Of a DNA stretch of 64,000 bases, positions 26,801 through 38,551 are shown piece by piece; the first letter of the stretch is position 1; the number at the start of each line of letters is the position of its first letter. Source of the DNA: Oopsacas minuta. Lineage: Eukaryota; Animalia; Porifera. The notes below the pieces were generated by a model. That model had not been told where the DNA came from. It searched no databases and saw only the letters and a program-made list of their open reading frames with translations. Where the stretch lies: the NCBI GenBank assembly GCA_024704765.1, contig JAKMXF010000066.1, positions 927,883-991,882 of the forward strand, given 5' to 3'. The position numbers and the translations under genes were made by a program.

Positions 26801-29800
26801 ACCCTGGATTGGATATATTCGTACCAGTTAGTTGCATATTCTCTGATAACGATGCTAAAGAGTACAATCTAGCTGTAGAATTTTATATAAATCAGTCAAG
26901 AATAGTCTGTAAAACTCCATCCGAGGTTCTTATGGGCGATTATTTCGTGCTAATTCAATTTGAGGATATTCTTAATAATATTCCTATCCTACGCACACCA
27001 ATTAATACATCTTTGCCATTGCGGTTTTTCGATAATTCAGTACATCAGCTGTCTGTTGTAGCTGCTAGTTTGAGTGAGAATTCTATTGGTATTGAAACAG
27101 AGTTATTTTTCGATGTTATTAGCTTTGAGTCTTTTCCCCAGCTATCTTGTATTATAAATTCCTTTGATTCTTGTGGAGATATATACTCAAATCCTTATAT
27201 AGTATCTGCTTTGTTTATCCATTCAGGGAAAATAATGTGTATAATCCCACCAGCTGATTATCCCTGTCAGGTGTCTATCAGTATTAGTATTAACAACCAA
27301 ATTGCGGGTATTATTCTACAGAGAGATTTCCCTTTCTCTTTCTTTAACCCAGAACCTGTTGTTATACAGTGTAAGTTGGAGGAAAATCTAAATTCTATTC
27401 TGATACAGTTTGATCACCCATTGTATGTGACTGATGTATCTAATGGATGCTCTGCGTTATTTGACAGCTCTACATTAACTGAATTAGCATCATCTCTGTG
27501 TTATTTCATCGGTACTAGCAATGAGTATATTCTAATACAATTATCTACTGATGCTATGCTTACTTACAGTAGTGAACTGATTTGGAAAGAAGACAGTATT
27601 TATGCTATTTCACAGACCAATTCCTTCCCATTAACTACTCCTACAAAAATACAATTACCTGACTCTATACAGAATCCTATGGCCATTATACTGGGCCCTG
27701 AAATACTCCCATTAACCGGTAGTACATACTTTACTGCTCATTTATCATATCCTTGTGGGTATAAACCGTTTATATATGTTTGGGATATCCGTGCTTCTAG
27801 CTTGGATTTTGATATCTCTGATGCTTCACTGAAGTTATCTGAACTAGATTCTACTGCTGATACTCTTGTATTAGATTCTAGTGATATTATTACAGGAGAG
27901 GATTATACATTGATTCTCTCTATTATTAATTCCTTCGGTATTTCTAGCCAAGTTGAGAAACTACTCACCAAGAGTATACATATAACTTCTCCTGTCATTT
28001 TAGCCTCAAACCCAGTAGATAAGTTTAATTCAGTGCAAGATATACACTTATATGTACTGGTAGATTATCCCTCTAATGATATTGGAGGTTATTCACTTGC
28101 TTATGTATGGAAATTGGAACAAATTCTACCATCAAATGAAGCGATAAGGATAGATCTGAATGATTTGATTTCTAATTCAGGTACTCTATTACTCCCATCT
28201 GGGTTCCTGGAACCTAATTTCAACTATGTAGTTTCTGTTACAGTCAGTTTTATTGAATTATCGGGATCTGAAACAGTTTCTAAGGATATTTTTGTTGAAA
28301 CACAATCTCCTATCTCAATTATTGAGGGTGGAAATAGACAGATTGGGTTTAATCAGGTCTTAATGCTTGATGCTACTAATTCAATACAACATTATGGATT
28401 ATATGATTGGGAATGTTTTAATACAGATACAATGCTACCCTGTACACATGCTATTAATGGTATAACTAGTGTTGTAGAGCTAAATACCTCATCTCTGATA
28501 CAGGAAATACAACCAAATACTCTAGGTAAGTAATGTGCAGTATTGCCAAAGGTTACATGCGGTTTCGAGAGTTTCTTATCCATGGTTTGTTTTGCATCTT
28601 AGTTTACGTCATATTTTATCTAAACAATGAAATCTCAACATTTTCACAAGCCCGACACGTTATGCATATTAACTTGGTTTAACATTATATTGTAACAAAA
28701 TTTGTAATCTATCCACGCATTTACTCAAGTAATAAACTTACAAATTGATCGGTTGAATTTTATAGCGGGTACATGTCAGCCAAATCATTTATTCTCCGAA
28801 TTACTGCCATGAAATATTTATTTGTTTATTTCAATTTGATTCTTTGATAAATCAAATTATCACCCATTTATATGCAATACCTGACCAATTGACCTTTACA
28901 TACAAGTACAGATTATTGCTTGAATTGCCTACGTTTGTATTGGTGGATATTTTATAACCATATTCATTCTCTATAGCAATTGGTAGCTCATATGTATTCA
29001 TACTAACTCAATCCTTATCCTCTCATGCTGTAACTATATCTATACAGAATAATGACGTCATAGGTTTATATAATAGTCCTCTGATGTATGAGCTAATACA
29101 GGATGATGTTATAGTGATATCCTCTAGGCTGTATGGATATGAGGATATTGTTAGTGCGTATTGGCAGTGTGAACAGATTGAAGGTAAATTTCATTATTCC
29201 TATATTTCTATAGATAAATTTATATTTTAACAACTATTCGTTAGGTCAAGGCTTTATAACTATCTCTTCTCTGCCGATTCAATCCGTGTATCTATCAAGT
29301 ACACAATCTGTTCCGTTGTCCAGAACTCAAGAAACAGTTATATACAGGTCTCTATGGAATGAGCTGAATCTATTCCTGCCAGTATCAGCTGTTTCGTTCT
29401 ATCAGAATTACACATTCAGTATAAATGTCAATAATTACAAATCTTCAATTACTCTTTATAGTAATACAGCTCCTAAATCAGGTCAACTTGTGTTAAGTAA
29501 ATCTAACGGACAGCCTTTGACCAGTGAGATTCAATTGGAAGCTAAAGACTTCTGTGATTATAATCCTACTTATGAATTCTATTACATTATCGATAACTCA
29601 ATCAAACTTATCATACAGCCACGCTCTGTACTATCATCTGCTATATTTATTCCTCCTCTCATTAGTACAACACAACAAACCTCCACTACTATATTCGTAG
29701 ATGTGTATAGCACAGCTGGAAAGTTTGTGAGTACTTCTAACTCTTTTAGAATTGATATATTACAAGGAAGTGCTACCTCAAAGATTAGCTCGCTGCTGGA

Positions 29801-32285
29801 AATAACAGATAAACTAATATCCAATCAGGAATATAATAAAGTTATATCACGTGTATCTACACTGATTATAAGCCATAATTATAATTCAATACATTTCCCT
29901 CCCAACTCAACAGAAAATCTATTCACAATGCTGAATACATTATCAACAACACCAACTATCCCTGCATATTCAAATGCACTATACTTAGATCTGATCAGAC
30001 ATATTAAAGTTGATTCATTGCCATCAGATCAAGTGAATAATTATTTGGAATATCTACTCAGAATAGCGAGGGATGTCTTTTATACTTTAGAAAATATTAA
30101 AGTTACTCCCTCGCATAATTTTCCCTCTCCAGTTATAGTACCGTATGACAAGGCTATTGTATTGCAATTTATTGAGATTATTCGCGAAATTCCAATCACG
30201 TCACAACTAGATGATACTCTATATTTCACGATTTTGGATGAGATTTCCAAAATATTATGTTTGACCTCATTCTTCGGTCATCAACCTTTGAATATTCCAT
30301 ACTCAAATCTGGGATTATATTTTACCAACGATTATTTATATTCTGAAGATAACTATTGCATTAGAGATAGGTGTGAAATGAATTATATACAATTTCCATT
30401 GAATTTAGCAAAAGAATATTTCAATTGGGAATGTAATACAAATTCTCAATACAGATGTAATGGAGTTTGTGTAACTTTATTTTCCGTGCTTTTTGAGAAT
30501 TTAACCGAAAATTCAGTTGTTGATCTCAGCCAAACAGCTCAGAATACTATTGATAATTCAAATCAAACTAAGACAGGATTCTATTTCAATTACAACAGTA
30601 CTTCAATCGTTACAGAAACATTTGTATTAAGTATGAAGAATCCTATTACTGGTATCAATATTGAATTATCTGGAAGTGGAATATCTGTTATTTTTGGCTT
30701 GAATCAGACCCAGTTAATTGGAGATGGATTAATTCTATGTTTGTATAAAGAAGAACAATCAACTTATTGGGAAGTAGAATCTTTCTTTCCAATACAAACA
30801 ATCACTAACAGTATACATTGTGTATACACTCATTTCACTCAATATACCGTGGCTAGACTCAACTACTCCCCTATAATAACACCAGCCCCTACAACTATAA
30901 CTCCTACTCCTACTAACTCTACTACTAGACCTCCTGTAGTTACTACTGTAGCTCCTGTGGTTCAAGAGTTCCCTGTTGGAATAGCAGTTGTACCAATCAT
31001 CATACTAGTGTTCGTTATTCTAGGTGAGTTGGTATAAGGCCGAGGTCCTGAGTTCGAGTCTCACTCCTGACATATTTTTGTTGCTCATTAACATTACTTA
31101 TTTATTTACAGGTATTATAATTGTCCTTTTAATATTATTCTGTCTGTGGAAACGCAAGAAATCCAGATTAATGGAATTGGTATCACCCTCTGAAGAGAAG
31201 TTATCAGAAGAATCTGTTGAAGTCAGTGACAGAATGTACTTCAGTATTTGTACCATCTCTAAATCAGGACAGGAGGATCTAATTGGTAAACTACAGTTCC
31301 CTCCTTCCTCACGACTGAGAGAGATTAGAAATTCTTTGTTAGAATCTTTCCCAGAAAATTTTGAGAAGAAAGCGTTTTGCTTTTTAACTAAACAAAGAGA
31401 ACGGGTAAATATTTCAAACAATCTTAGTCATTGATAACTCTAACAATTGTACCAGAATTGTTCAGTTAAAACCCAAAGAGTACTATTTGATATGTTTTAT
31501 ACATTAACAATGTGTTTAATGCGTAGGCGAAATGCCATCTTATTATTAGCTGCTCAATATAATAACCTAATTACCCAATCAGCCGTAGTTCTAACTTTAT
31601 TTATATATAATCTGTATTGAATTGATAGATTGATCCTGGTACAGAGAATAACCACTTCTTACGTATTGTCTATGACTCTGAAGTATTGGTTAGATTTGTT
31701 GATGCTAAAGACGAACAATTCAGGACTGTATTCTGTTGGTGTGGTAAGATAGCATTCTTTGAGTGCTCCAGATGTCATGGACAAGCATACTGCTCTGCAG
31801 AATGTCAGCTGTCAGATTGGGGTTTACATAAGAGTGAGTGTATACTACTTACAGAGAGGAAGAAGAGGTAATTATATAACACTGTTAAATTAGCTTATTA
31901 ACCATATATGGTATTCTTATTCTTTATAGGCAAGATGTATTGAGGAAGACACAGAGTAGTGTATTACGTACTAGTGTAGATCTGAGACAGAAGAGAGAGT
32001 TAGATCCACCGCAGATTAGTCCCAAATTTGATACTTGGAGAGGTAATATACAATTTATTGTGTTTATTTATGAATCCTTTGATTACATCTTATCCCACTG
32101 TAGCATTTCTACAAAGTCAAGGAGCGCCATCTGATCTATCTTCTTCATTTCCAATTCGTGAAGAACCTAAACTCAGCATGACAGATACGCAAACTGAAAT
32201 TCCTCGTATCTCTGTTGCAGCAGCTCGTCCTCTACCTCCTATTCTAGGGACTATACAGCACCCACTCAATAAACCGGCTCCTTAA
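5873..32285 (+). CDS. Giant single-pass cadherin / polycystin-REJ / GPS-like / MYND protein, about 6767 aa, 28 exons
   Basis: Exons 5873-6188, 6276-6568, 6821-7071, 7138-7452, 8196-8470, 8533-8744, 8815-9083, 9141-9421, 9483-10453, 10515-19671, 19912-19985, 20046-20102, 20166-21291, 21350-21516, 21584-22077, 22132-22253, 22319-22768, 22828-23083, 23140-23277, 26155-26365, 26419-26598, 26650-28525, 28977-29183, 29245-31023, 31112-31404, 31629-31867, 31930-32042, 32104-32285. Total 20304 nt; all junctions phase-compatible. Signal peptide; repeated DRE/DYE, DxD and DxNDNxP motifs over about 4100 aa (roughly 35-38 EC-sized units); TM segment [27 protein letters not shown] followed by KRKK. Confidence 0.85.
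7566..8030 (+). CDS. RPS27A: Ubiquitin-like domain fused to ribosomal protein eS31/S27a, 154 aa, intronless, nested sense in cadherin intron 4
   Basis: The 76-aa UBL ends in LSGG and is followed by [40 protein letters not shown]...[23 protein letters not shown], the canonical eS31 zinc ribbon. The ATG at 7566 aligns with ubiquitin Met1. Confidence 0.96.
   Translation: MCFYVKTLTGQSIPINLDPNVTIEDVKESIEESTGIPVLSQRLLFASHELDDELTVQECGIVSDTTVHLNLELSGGAKKRKKKQYSTPKKNKHKKKKEKLLALKFYKVDDNGKVTRLRRECNREECGAGVFMAAHFDRQYCGKCGLTYVFTKET
19735..19816 (+). tRNA. tRNA-Ser(GCT): tRNA-Ser(GCT), nested in cadherin intron 10
   Basis: 82 nt. Acceptor stem GACAAGG/CTTTGTC, D-loop TGGCCGAGTGG, anticodon arm ATGGA-CTGCTAA-TCCAT, long variable arm, GGTTCGAATCC, discriminator G, TTTT terminator at about 19823. 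Confidence 0.98.
23353..25692 (-). CDS. Receptor tyrosine kinase (SRCR-like, EGF, Thr-rich stalk, TM, Eph-like TK), 779 aa, intronless, nested antisense in cadherin intron 19
   Basis: Signal peptide; SRCR-like [33 protein letters not shown]; [23 protein letters not shown]; hydrophobic TM; kinase motifs [36 protein letters not shown]. Confidence 0.95.
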   Translation of the reverse strand: MSLKRLITLLTILVTICVLNNAEICSREGDERTIDIGLPHDVIQVCYNNGIYLGWTYICAAGWNDGIYQNNEVYCKRFGYLEAKERDITITPLLCDGLLKLSALDCIGNETSLTQCNHTKELSACQLVSKVQCQQCASMAQCEALGMCERVNEFKTCLCQDDCINGGFCFEERCVCTDGYSGNSCETRSTTTMMATNATITTTLGPENNTTQISPTNITTENVSTTLPISINASTYTPQSYTNTTTNLTSNTTVFMNSTQTNSTQFPTQDCIEDDCTGSERRKAVRIILSIIFIIFLLLSIVIIVILICCLTRTYVKMRRYKRTNRRIQTLQTESNNLMNSPNQTFDRSAVADSTYFSNVVDQGMEHSERIYEVVPGPEIGHHSLNRQGENNYFELSSNNCIYSGNNTSQQGNCTVFQNNNIIPLTQQEDLTASHGSNVSFYHKLVTQSSNLETISEENDIINKLLRDRKREQLEYIDPPYNLAELSNSIGPRSYEISLDNLKIGDVFATGNFGVICHAVYTSKYGDLKVAIKTLREEVNNDVKVAFIREAAILSQFDHPNILKFIGVVTTVQPHMIVTELLNIELRQYLMQLCHSQEYNYQNASKLQKLLLRFCRDIADGMEHLAMKKFIHRDLAARNILIANDMSCRVADFGMSRDLRSDDYYRSKGGRIPLRWSAPESVLYNRFSEKSDVWAFGMTLYEIWTLGRKPWQENTNEEIVDFIQGGEIPLQPDGCPDDVYSLMAETWKQSADDRPIFTVIKERLNNTVIIIPFTESVAI
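31033..31072 (+). pseudogene. tRNA 3'-half relic (tRNA-Ile(TAT)-like) or tRNA-derived SINE fragment in cadherin intron 24
   Basis: TATAAGGCCGAGGTCCTGAGTTCGAGTCTCACTCCTGACA resembles the anticodon-to-3' part of eukaryotic tRNA-Ile(TAT), with a T-arm TGAG-TTCGAGT-CTCA. No 5' half or D-arm is present. Confidence 0.5.
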
Positions 32286-33099
32286 GTATCTATTACACAT
32301 ATTTGTGAGTTTTACTTTTCAGAGATAGATGGACCTCTTTATTTATATTATTATTATTTCTAGCAACACTTCACCCAAATGAAGAGAAGTAATGTTTATT
32401 TGTTTAAACTATTTTAGATTATTTGTAATTTTATATTAACATTTTCTATTTTTATATGATTAATTATCTTTTTTATAATTTCTTCTTTCTTTACTATTAA
32501 ATGTAATTTCTGTTTAACCGTTTAAGTTTCATATACGAGATATGTAAGCTTGGATATGTGGGAATATTGTCAGTTACCGGCGAATTATTTACGTCATAAA
32601 TGTGCTTGTCCTTTGGTTTTAATATTAGATATTTATAATTGTAATTTATGTTCTGTGATGAAATATTTAATTTCTTTGAAATTTGAGATACCACTTTCTT
32701 TCCATTCCATATACTTTATGAATTATCTTCTATAACTACTTGTCTAATCACAGGACTCAGTTATAATTCATCTTTTAATTTGAGTGTTTAATTAGTAGTA
32801 ATACTAAACGTTGCATAGTTGAGGGGGATAAGTATTTGAAGGCTTTTGAATAGTTACACTCATGGACTTCATTACACCTACATTAGAATTATTTATCAAA
32901 TTTTGTAGAAATCAGTGTTAATTTCCTTGTCTTCCATCACGTAATTAGCCACACACATGTTTCTATCTCGTAAAAACGATTGCATTATTTAATTTGTTTT
33001 ATTCTGAACCATTTTAACACGAATTAATCTGTATTATTTGCTTTATATAATATGAATGTGTTTAGAATCGTAAGTGTATCATTAACAATTTTATATGAA

Positions 33100-36000
33100 T
33101 TACAGAAAACAAACTTCTCCAACAATTACAGAAAATCCTGAATCATCATAAGTCCGTGTCGGTAATATATCATAAATTGGTAGAATATATGGCGAATCTG
33201 TTATAAACTCAAATGTAGCATATCCCCATGTATGATTCAAATTACAGCTGTTTGCTAGTACTCTTGTTGGTGTTATTAGTTTCATATTCTTGTAGCCTCT
33301 GAATTGGAGAATATTTGGCATTTCACCATTGATTTCTGCCGATGTTCTGTAGCATTTGTATGTAAGTCTTTGGCGAATTGATTCACTGTTAAAACTAAGG
33401 AAATTTATTTGAGAAAGTTCTGCTTTATAAGTAATCTTTGAAGTTGGTTGGAGTTTGGAGTACCAAGAAACACCAATATGACTCCATTCATGTTGTAGAT
33501 GACTCTCAGTTGTAGATATACACGTCTCTCCTTCTGGGAAATTGCATCTGACATAAATCGCGTCATTAGTGGCTCCTATATTAGGATCTACCCAGTAATA
33601 CCCAGATTCTACTTCATTGTTAATCGTGTGTATATGCTTGCAGGAGATAGCACTTTTGTTCGCTATCTTCCCAACTTCTTCTTGATCCATTGTGTATGGG
33701 GGATAAAGCAAGCTTTTAATATTATCAATGTTAGAATGGACTCCTGACAGAAATCTGGTGGGTACACTCTGTCCTTTCTCCCCTGGGGGTCCTGGAGCTC
33801 CTACAATTCCAGATTCACCTTTCCTTCCCTCTCCACCTCTATCACCTTTCTGACCTTTGCCCCCAGTTTCACCAAGTATTCCGATACCGCCTGGGTTTCC
33901 GGTAGTTCCCTGTGCGCCCATCTGACCAATCACCCCAGGGAGTCCTGGATCCCCCTGGAGTCCCTGTCGTCCCGGGTATCCAATACCACCTGGAGGACCA
34001 ATCGCCCCTTCGTTCCCAGGATCTCCTGGAATACCTTTTGGACCTCTTTGTCCTATTAGTCCTTGGTCCCCTCGCACACCCACTTCTCCAGGGGGACCCT
34101 GACCACCTCTATCTCCTTCATTTCCCTTTCTTCCCTTTATACCAGGCAAGCCTCTATTCCCCCGATACCCCGGGGATCCCTTGACCCCCTGTACGCCCTT
34201 ATCACCAAATAGGCCAATTGGTCCTCTCGACCCTCTGTCACCAATGCCTCCTTCAATTCCTTTCTCACCTTTAATACCTTCTACTCCTTTCATACCTTTA
34301 TTTCCAATATCTCCTAGTATACCTATATCTCCCAAGTATCCTTTCTTCCCTCTCAATCCTACTCTACCCTGATCGCCATTATGACCATTCGTACCTTGCT
34401 TTCCATTGATTCCCACAGGGCCTTTCGAGCCTTTAGGACCCTCCAATCCTTTGTATCCCTGAGGACCTACGCCGCCAGGTATACCTTTCCTTCCTGCTGT
34501 TCCAGGCTCTCCTTTGCTCCCAGGAATACCGGACACTCCTCTCTCTCCTCTATCGCCTTTGAACCCTTTTAATCCAACTCTTCCAGGCAGACCGAATTGT
34601 CCTAGGTAACCTTTGGGTCCTGTATTCCCCTGATCTCCTTTAACACCCTTGTATCCAGTAATTCCGATATTTCCAGGTTCTCCAGGCCATCCTTTATCGC
34701 CGACCCATCCCCGCTCACCTGGGAATCCTACTTCACCTGTTTTTCCCTTGAATCCATCTTCTCCATCAAATTCAGCATTTCCTTTGAATCCTTTGTTTCC
34801 TTTTCTTCCTACTAGACCCTTGGGTCCGTCATCTCCCTTTATACCTTTATTGGAGTGATTAGATTAATTTCATATTCTAGAGATTTCTAAAATTGTCTAG
34901 GCTTACCTTTGATTCCTTTTGATCCTATGTTTCCTTTTGGACCAGGAGGGCCGTGATCTCCTGGTCTTCCCTGTAATCCAATAATACCAATAACTCCTTT
35001 ATCACCCAGATCTCCTTTGATACCCTTATCGCCTACTGAACCAATTGGTCCTACGGGTCCCACACGTCCTGAGTTACCATCTCTCCCATTCACTCCTTGT
35101 TGACCTAAATATATTTTTATTCTGTAATTACACTATTTCGCTGTTATAGTCACAATCTTACCTGCAATACCCAGTACTCCTTTCTCTCCCTTTATCCCAT
35201 CTTCACCACGTACTCCCTTATAGCCAGTATTACCATACTCTCCTTTATTACCGTCTATGCCCGGATCTCCTCTGATCCCTACCGGTCCCTGATTCCCATT
35301 CTCTCCAGCTACTCCTTTGATACCTTTCTCTCCTGCTTTTCCATTCGACCCAGGACTTCCTTGTGATCCTATTTTACCCTTTTGACCTCTCTCCCCTTTC
35401 GCTCCGGGTGGTCCTATAGTTCCAATTGGCCCAATCTCTCCTTTAGGCCCTGCTAGTCCTTGGAATCCTTGTGGCCCTCTCAATCCCGGCTCTCCTCTCC
35501 CACCAACAGATCCTGTCTCACCCTTGATTCCTTCATCTCCATCCATCCCGTCAATTCCTGGCAATCCGATAGGTCCAAGTCTACCTTTACTCCCCTTATT
35601 CCCTACCTCTCCAATCGATCCAACCCTCCCTTTCATACCAGGGAGTCCATTCACACCCTTTGGTCCTGTAGTCCCGATCATACCTATCGCTCCTATTTCT
35701 CCTTTAGGTCCAACATCTCCATAGTCTCCTGTATAGCCTTGTGGCCCAATTAGACCAATTTTTCCTACTATTCCTTGCATCCCTGTATCCCCGCTAAGTC
35801 CTTTCTCCCCCTTTGCACCAACTGGTCCTGGATCCCCAATCACTCCAATTCCTCCTGGTCCTCCACGTACTCCAGGTACACCTGGATGTCCTAATGGTCC
35901 TTGCATCCCCGGTAATCCCTTCTCTCCAATAAGACCAATATCTCCAACTTGACCCTTTGGCCCTTTATTTCCTTCAATTCCTTGCATTCCCTTGAATCCC

Positions 36001-37901
36001 TTTGTACCTTCTTTTCCATCTTGCCCAGGCAATCCAGGTAACCCCGGGAGACCATCTACCCCTGTTAACCCTGGCTCTCCATCCAGACCATCTCTCCCCT
36101 TGATACCAACATCTCCCTCATCTCCGCTATCACCTGGTAGACCCTTATCACCGTTTATACCAGGTAAACCTATCTTTCCTTGATCACCAATCGTTCCCTT
36201 CTTCCCTACACTACCATCTCTCCCCTTTTCACCTACCACCCCTTTCTTTCCATAAATACCTGGATCTCCGTGCGTGCCCTGAAATCCTTTCAATCCTTCT
36301 ACTCCTTTGCTTCCTTTCTTCCCAACAGGTCCATCTAGTCCTACTTCTCCGATATATCCTCTATTGCCCTTCTGTCCCTTTATTCCTTTCAATCCTTGAT
36401 TACCCTTCTCTCCAGACTGCCCCTTTAATCCGTAATCACCGGTTCGGCCTATTAGTCCTCTTATCCCCTTGTGACCTAGTCCCCCTTTCTTTCCCATATC
36501 TCCTATCGTACCCTGAGGCCCCATCATTCCCTGTGCTCCTTTATCACCAGTAAGACCCACAATACCCTTTTCAGCTGGAGGTCCAGACGGTCCTGCAACG
36601 CCCTTTATCCCTACAGCCCCCTTCTCTCCATATTCTCCAGTTTTTCCCTTTTCTCCTTTTTCACCTTGTGGCCCTGTCTTACCAGCTTTTCCTGATCTAC
36701 CTTCACTTCCATCGATACCCGGAGGTCCAATTGGTCCTGCTAACCCAAAGAACCCATCTGGTCCGCTTTCACCTTGCTCTCCCTGGTCTCCTGTATCTCC
36801 TTTCATACCAGGACCTCCTCTAGCACCCTTTCTACCTGGAATACCCATACTACCTTTGTTACCAACAGGTCCAGGGGGGCCTACTCCACCATCAGGTCCT
36901 GGGGGTCCTGGCGAACCAATGTTTCCAGGATTCTCTAAACAGTTTGCAGTTATTCCTTTAGTTGGATATGGTTGACTGTTTGACCCTAGTGTTTCTGATG
37001 ATACATTTCCTATATAAAGGTATAGCAATTGAAAATATGTGTTAAGGATACAATACAGTGCATAGACCGTTTTACTATTTTATATTGACTTACCTTGATT
37101 TATCAAGCAACACTTGGTGTAATTATCATTCAAGCATGAATGCTGCCATCCACTGCCTCTAATTAACGTCCATGATATAGCACATAGAATAGGAGGAGAA
37201 GGAGATTCAGGATCTAGCAGTATTATATCTGGACTTATGAGGCTGATGTTTGAAGAGTTGTTAGTGCTGTTTGTATTGTTACTGGTGGTGATATCGATAT
37301 TGGGGTGATAACCAAGCAATGGTAGACTGTATTTAGAACCACGAATGCACGCTTCTATTGAGAAAGGATTTGTTTTGATGAAAAGGCTAAATGCTTGCGA
37401 TTCAGCTGAATAATTGAGCAATAATTGTTGTAAATCTTCTTGGATATTCCTCCAACTTGTATCAGCATTTGTTAGATTCGTACCATTTCTATCTGCACAT
37501 TCTTCAACAAATAATAACTCAGTTCCAAGCTGTAGAGATAAAGTACAATTATAATTCGAGTCATTATGCAAAACTGAAAATTTTAACGCGAAAATAGTAA
37601 CCAAGTTTTCCAAACTCGATCTTTGTCTGTTTAAAAAGCAAAACCGAACATAGAATGTGAGAGGTTCTAAAAACGAACTGTTTGTGAATGTTGTAGAAAT
37701 ATATTTTGGTGTGTCTTGATAATAACTTGTATTAAAACTGTAGACTTGTAATTGTTGGATGTCAATCAGAGAATATGAGAGTTCTTCAGCCTCCAAAAAT
37801 GTTGGAAAACCATCAACTTGATCTCGTGTATATGTTAAAAATACAATTATTATCATTAGAAGTGAGCAAGTTAGGTTGTGGCTTGTTTTCATATTAATCA
37901 T
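33100..37901 (-). CDS. Fibrillar collagen alpha chain (TSPN-like N-domain, 1014-aa triple helix, COLFI), about 1532 aa, 4 exons
   Basis: Exons 37901-37094, 37009-35162, 35104-34907, 34844-33100 (last acceptor is AAG). Gly-X-Y runs from 36926 to 33766 = 3042 coding nt = 338 triplets. COLFI motifs SCKHI..SGYYWVDPN..DAIYVRCNF..GETCI and VGEVCFL. Confidence 0.93.
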
Positions 37902-38551
37902 GCTTTCTCAATTTATTTTCGTGCATATACTTCTGCAAAGAATCTCGGATGCATTGGCGAATAGACTAGCTAGTACACACGTCTGCTTCAATCTGCTAGC
38001 AACTTCGTTAACTACAATAATGTTAAAATATAACCAAGGATTCAATTTGGAATAAATCCTCAACTACAGCAAGTTATAGCTAATATTATTAGTGTTATAC
38101 AATTTATATTGAAATTCCTGCAGTAAGACTCTAATATACTGGTGGTAGTGTATTGTCTATTGAAACATGAGCCTTCTAATCGTAATAGCCTTATTAACCC
38201 ACTCATGTATAGGGCATTTTAATTATAGCCACTAATATTATGCGATCTTATATGAAACCCCAAGCAAGTCTATCTATACCTCAGTTACTTGTTTGTAATA
38301 TATGTGCATACATAGAATTATATTCTCTTAAGTTTAATAAGGAAATTCTGCATATTTCTATATTTGATGATATGCAATTCGCTGATAAATCTACATATAT
38401 ATATACATACATACATTTAAATACAACTCGTGGGAAATCTGAATGAGAGCCTCTTTATCGGGTAGATATAGTTTGTAGAAATCTTTGACTTTATATTTGT
38501 TTTCAATATCAGGCATAGGCCTTGTCACCCACGATCTTTCAGAAAAAGACC

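Noticed and set aside
33499-36183. Pro-rich plus-strand ORFs (PxxPxxP)
   Set aside because: Antisense shadows of Gly codons in the collagen helix.
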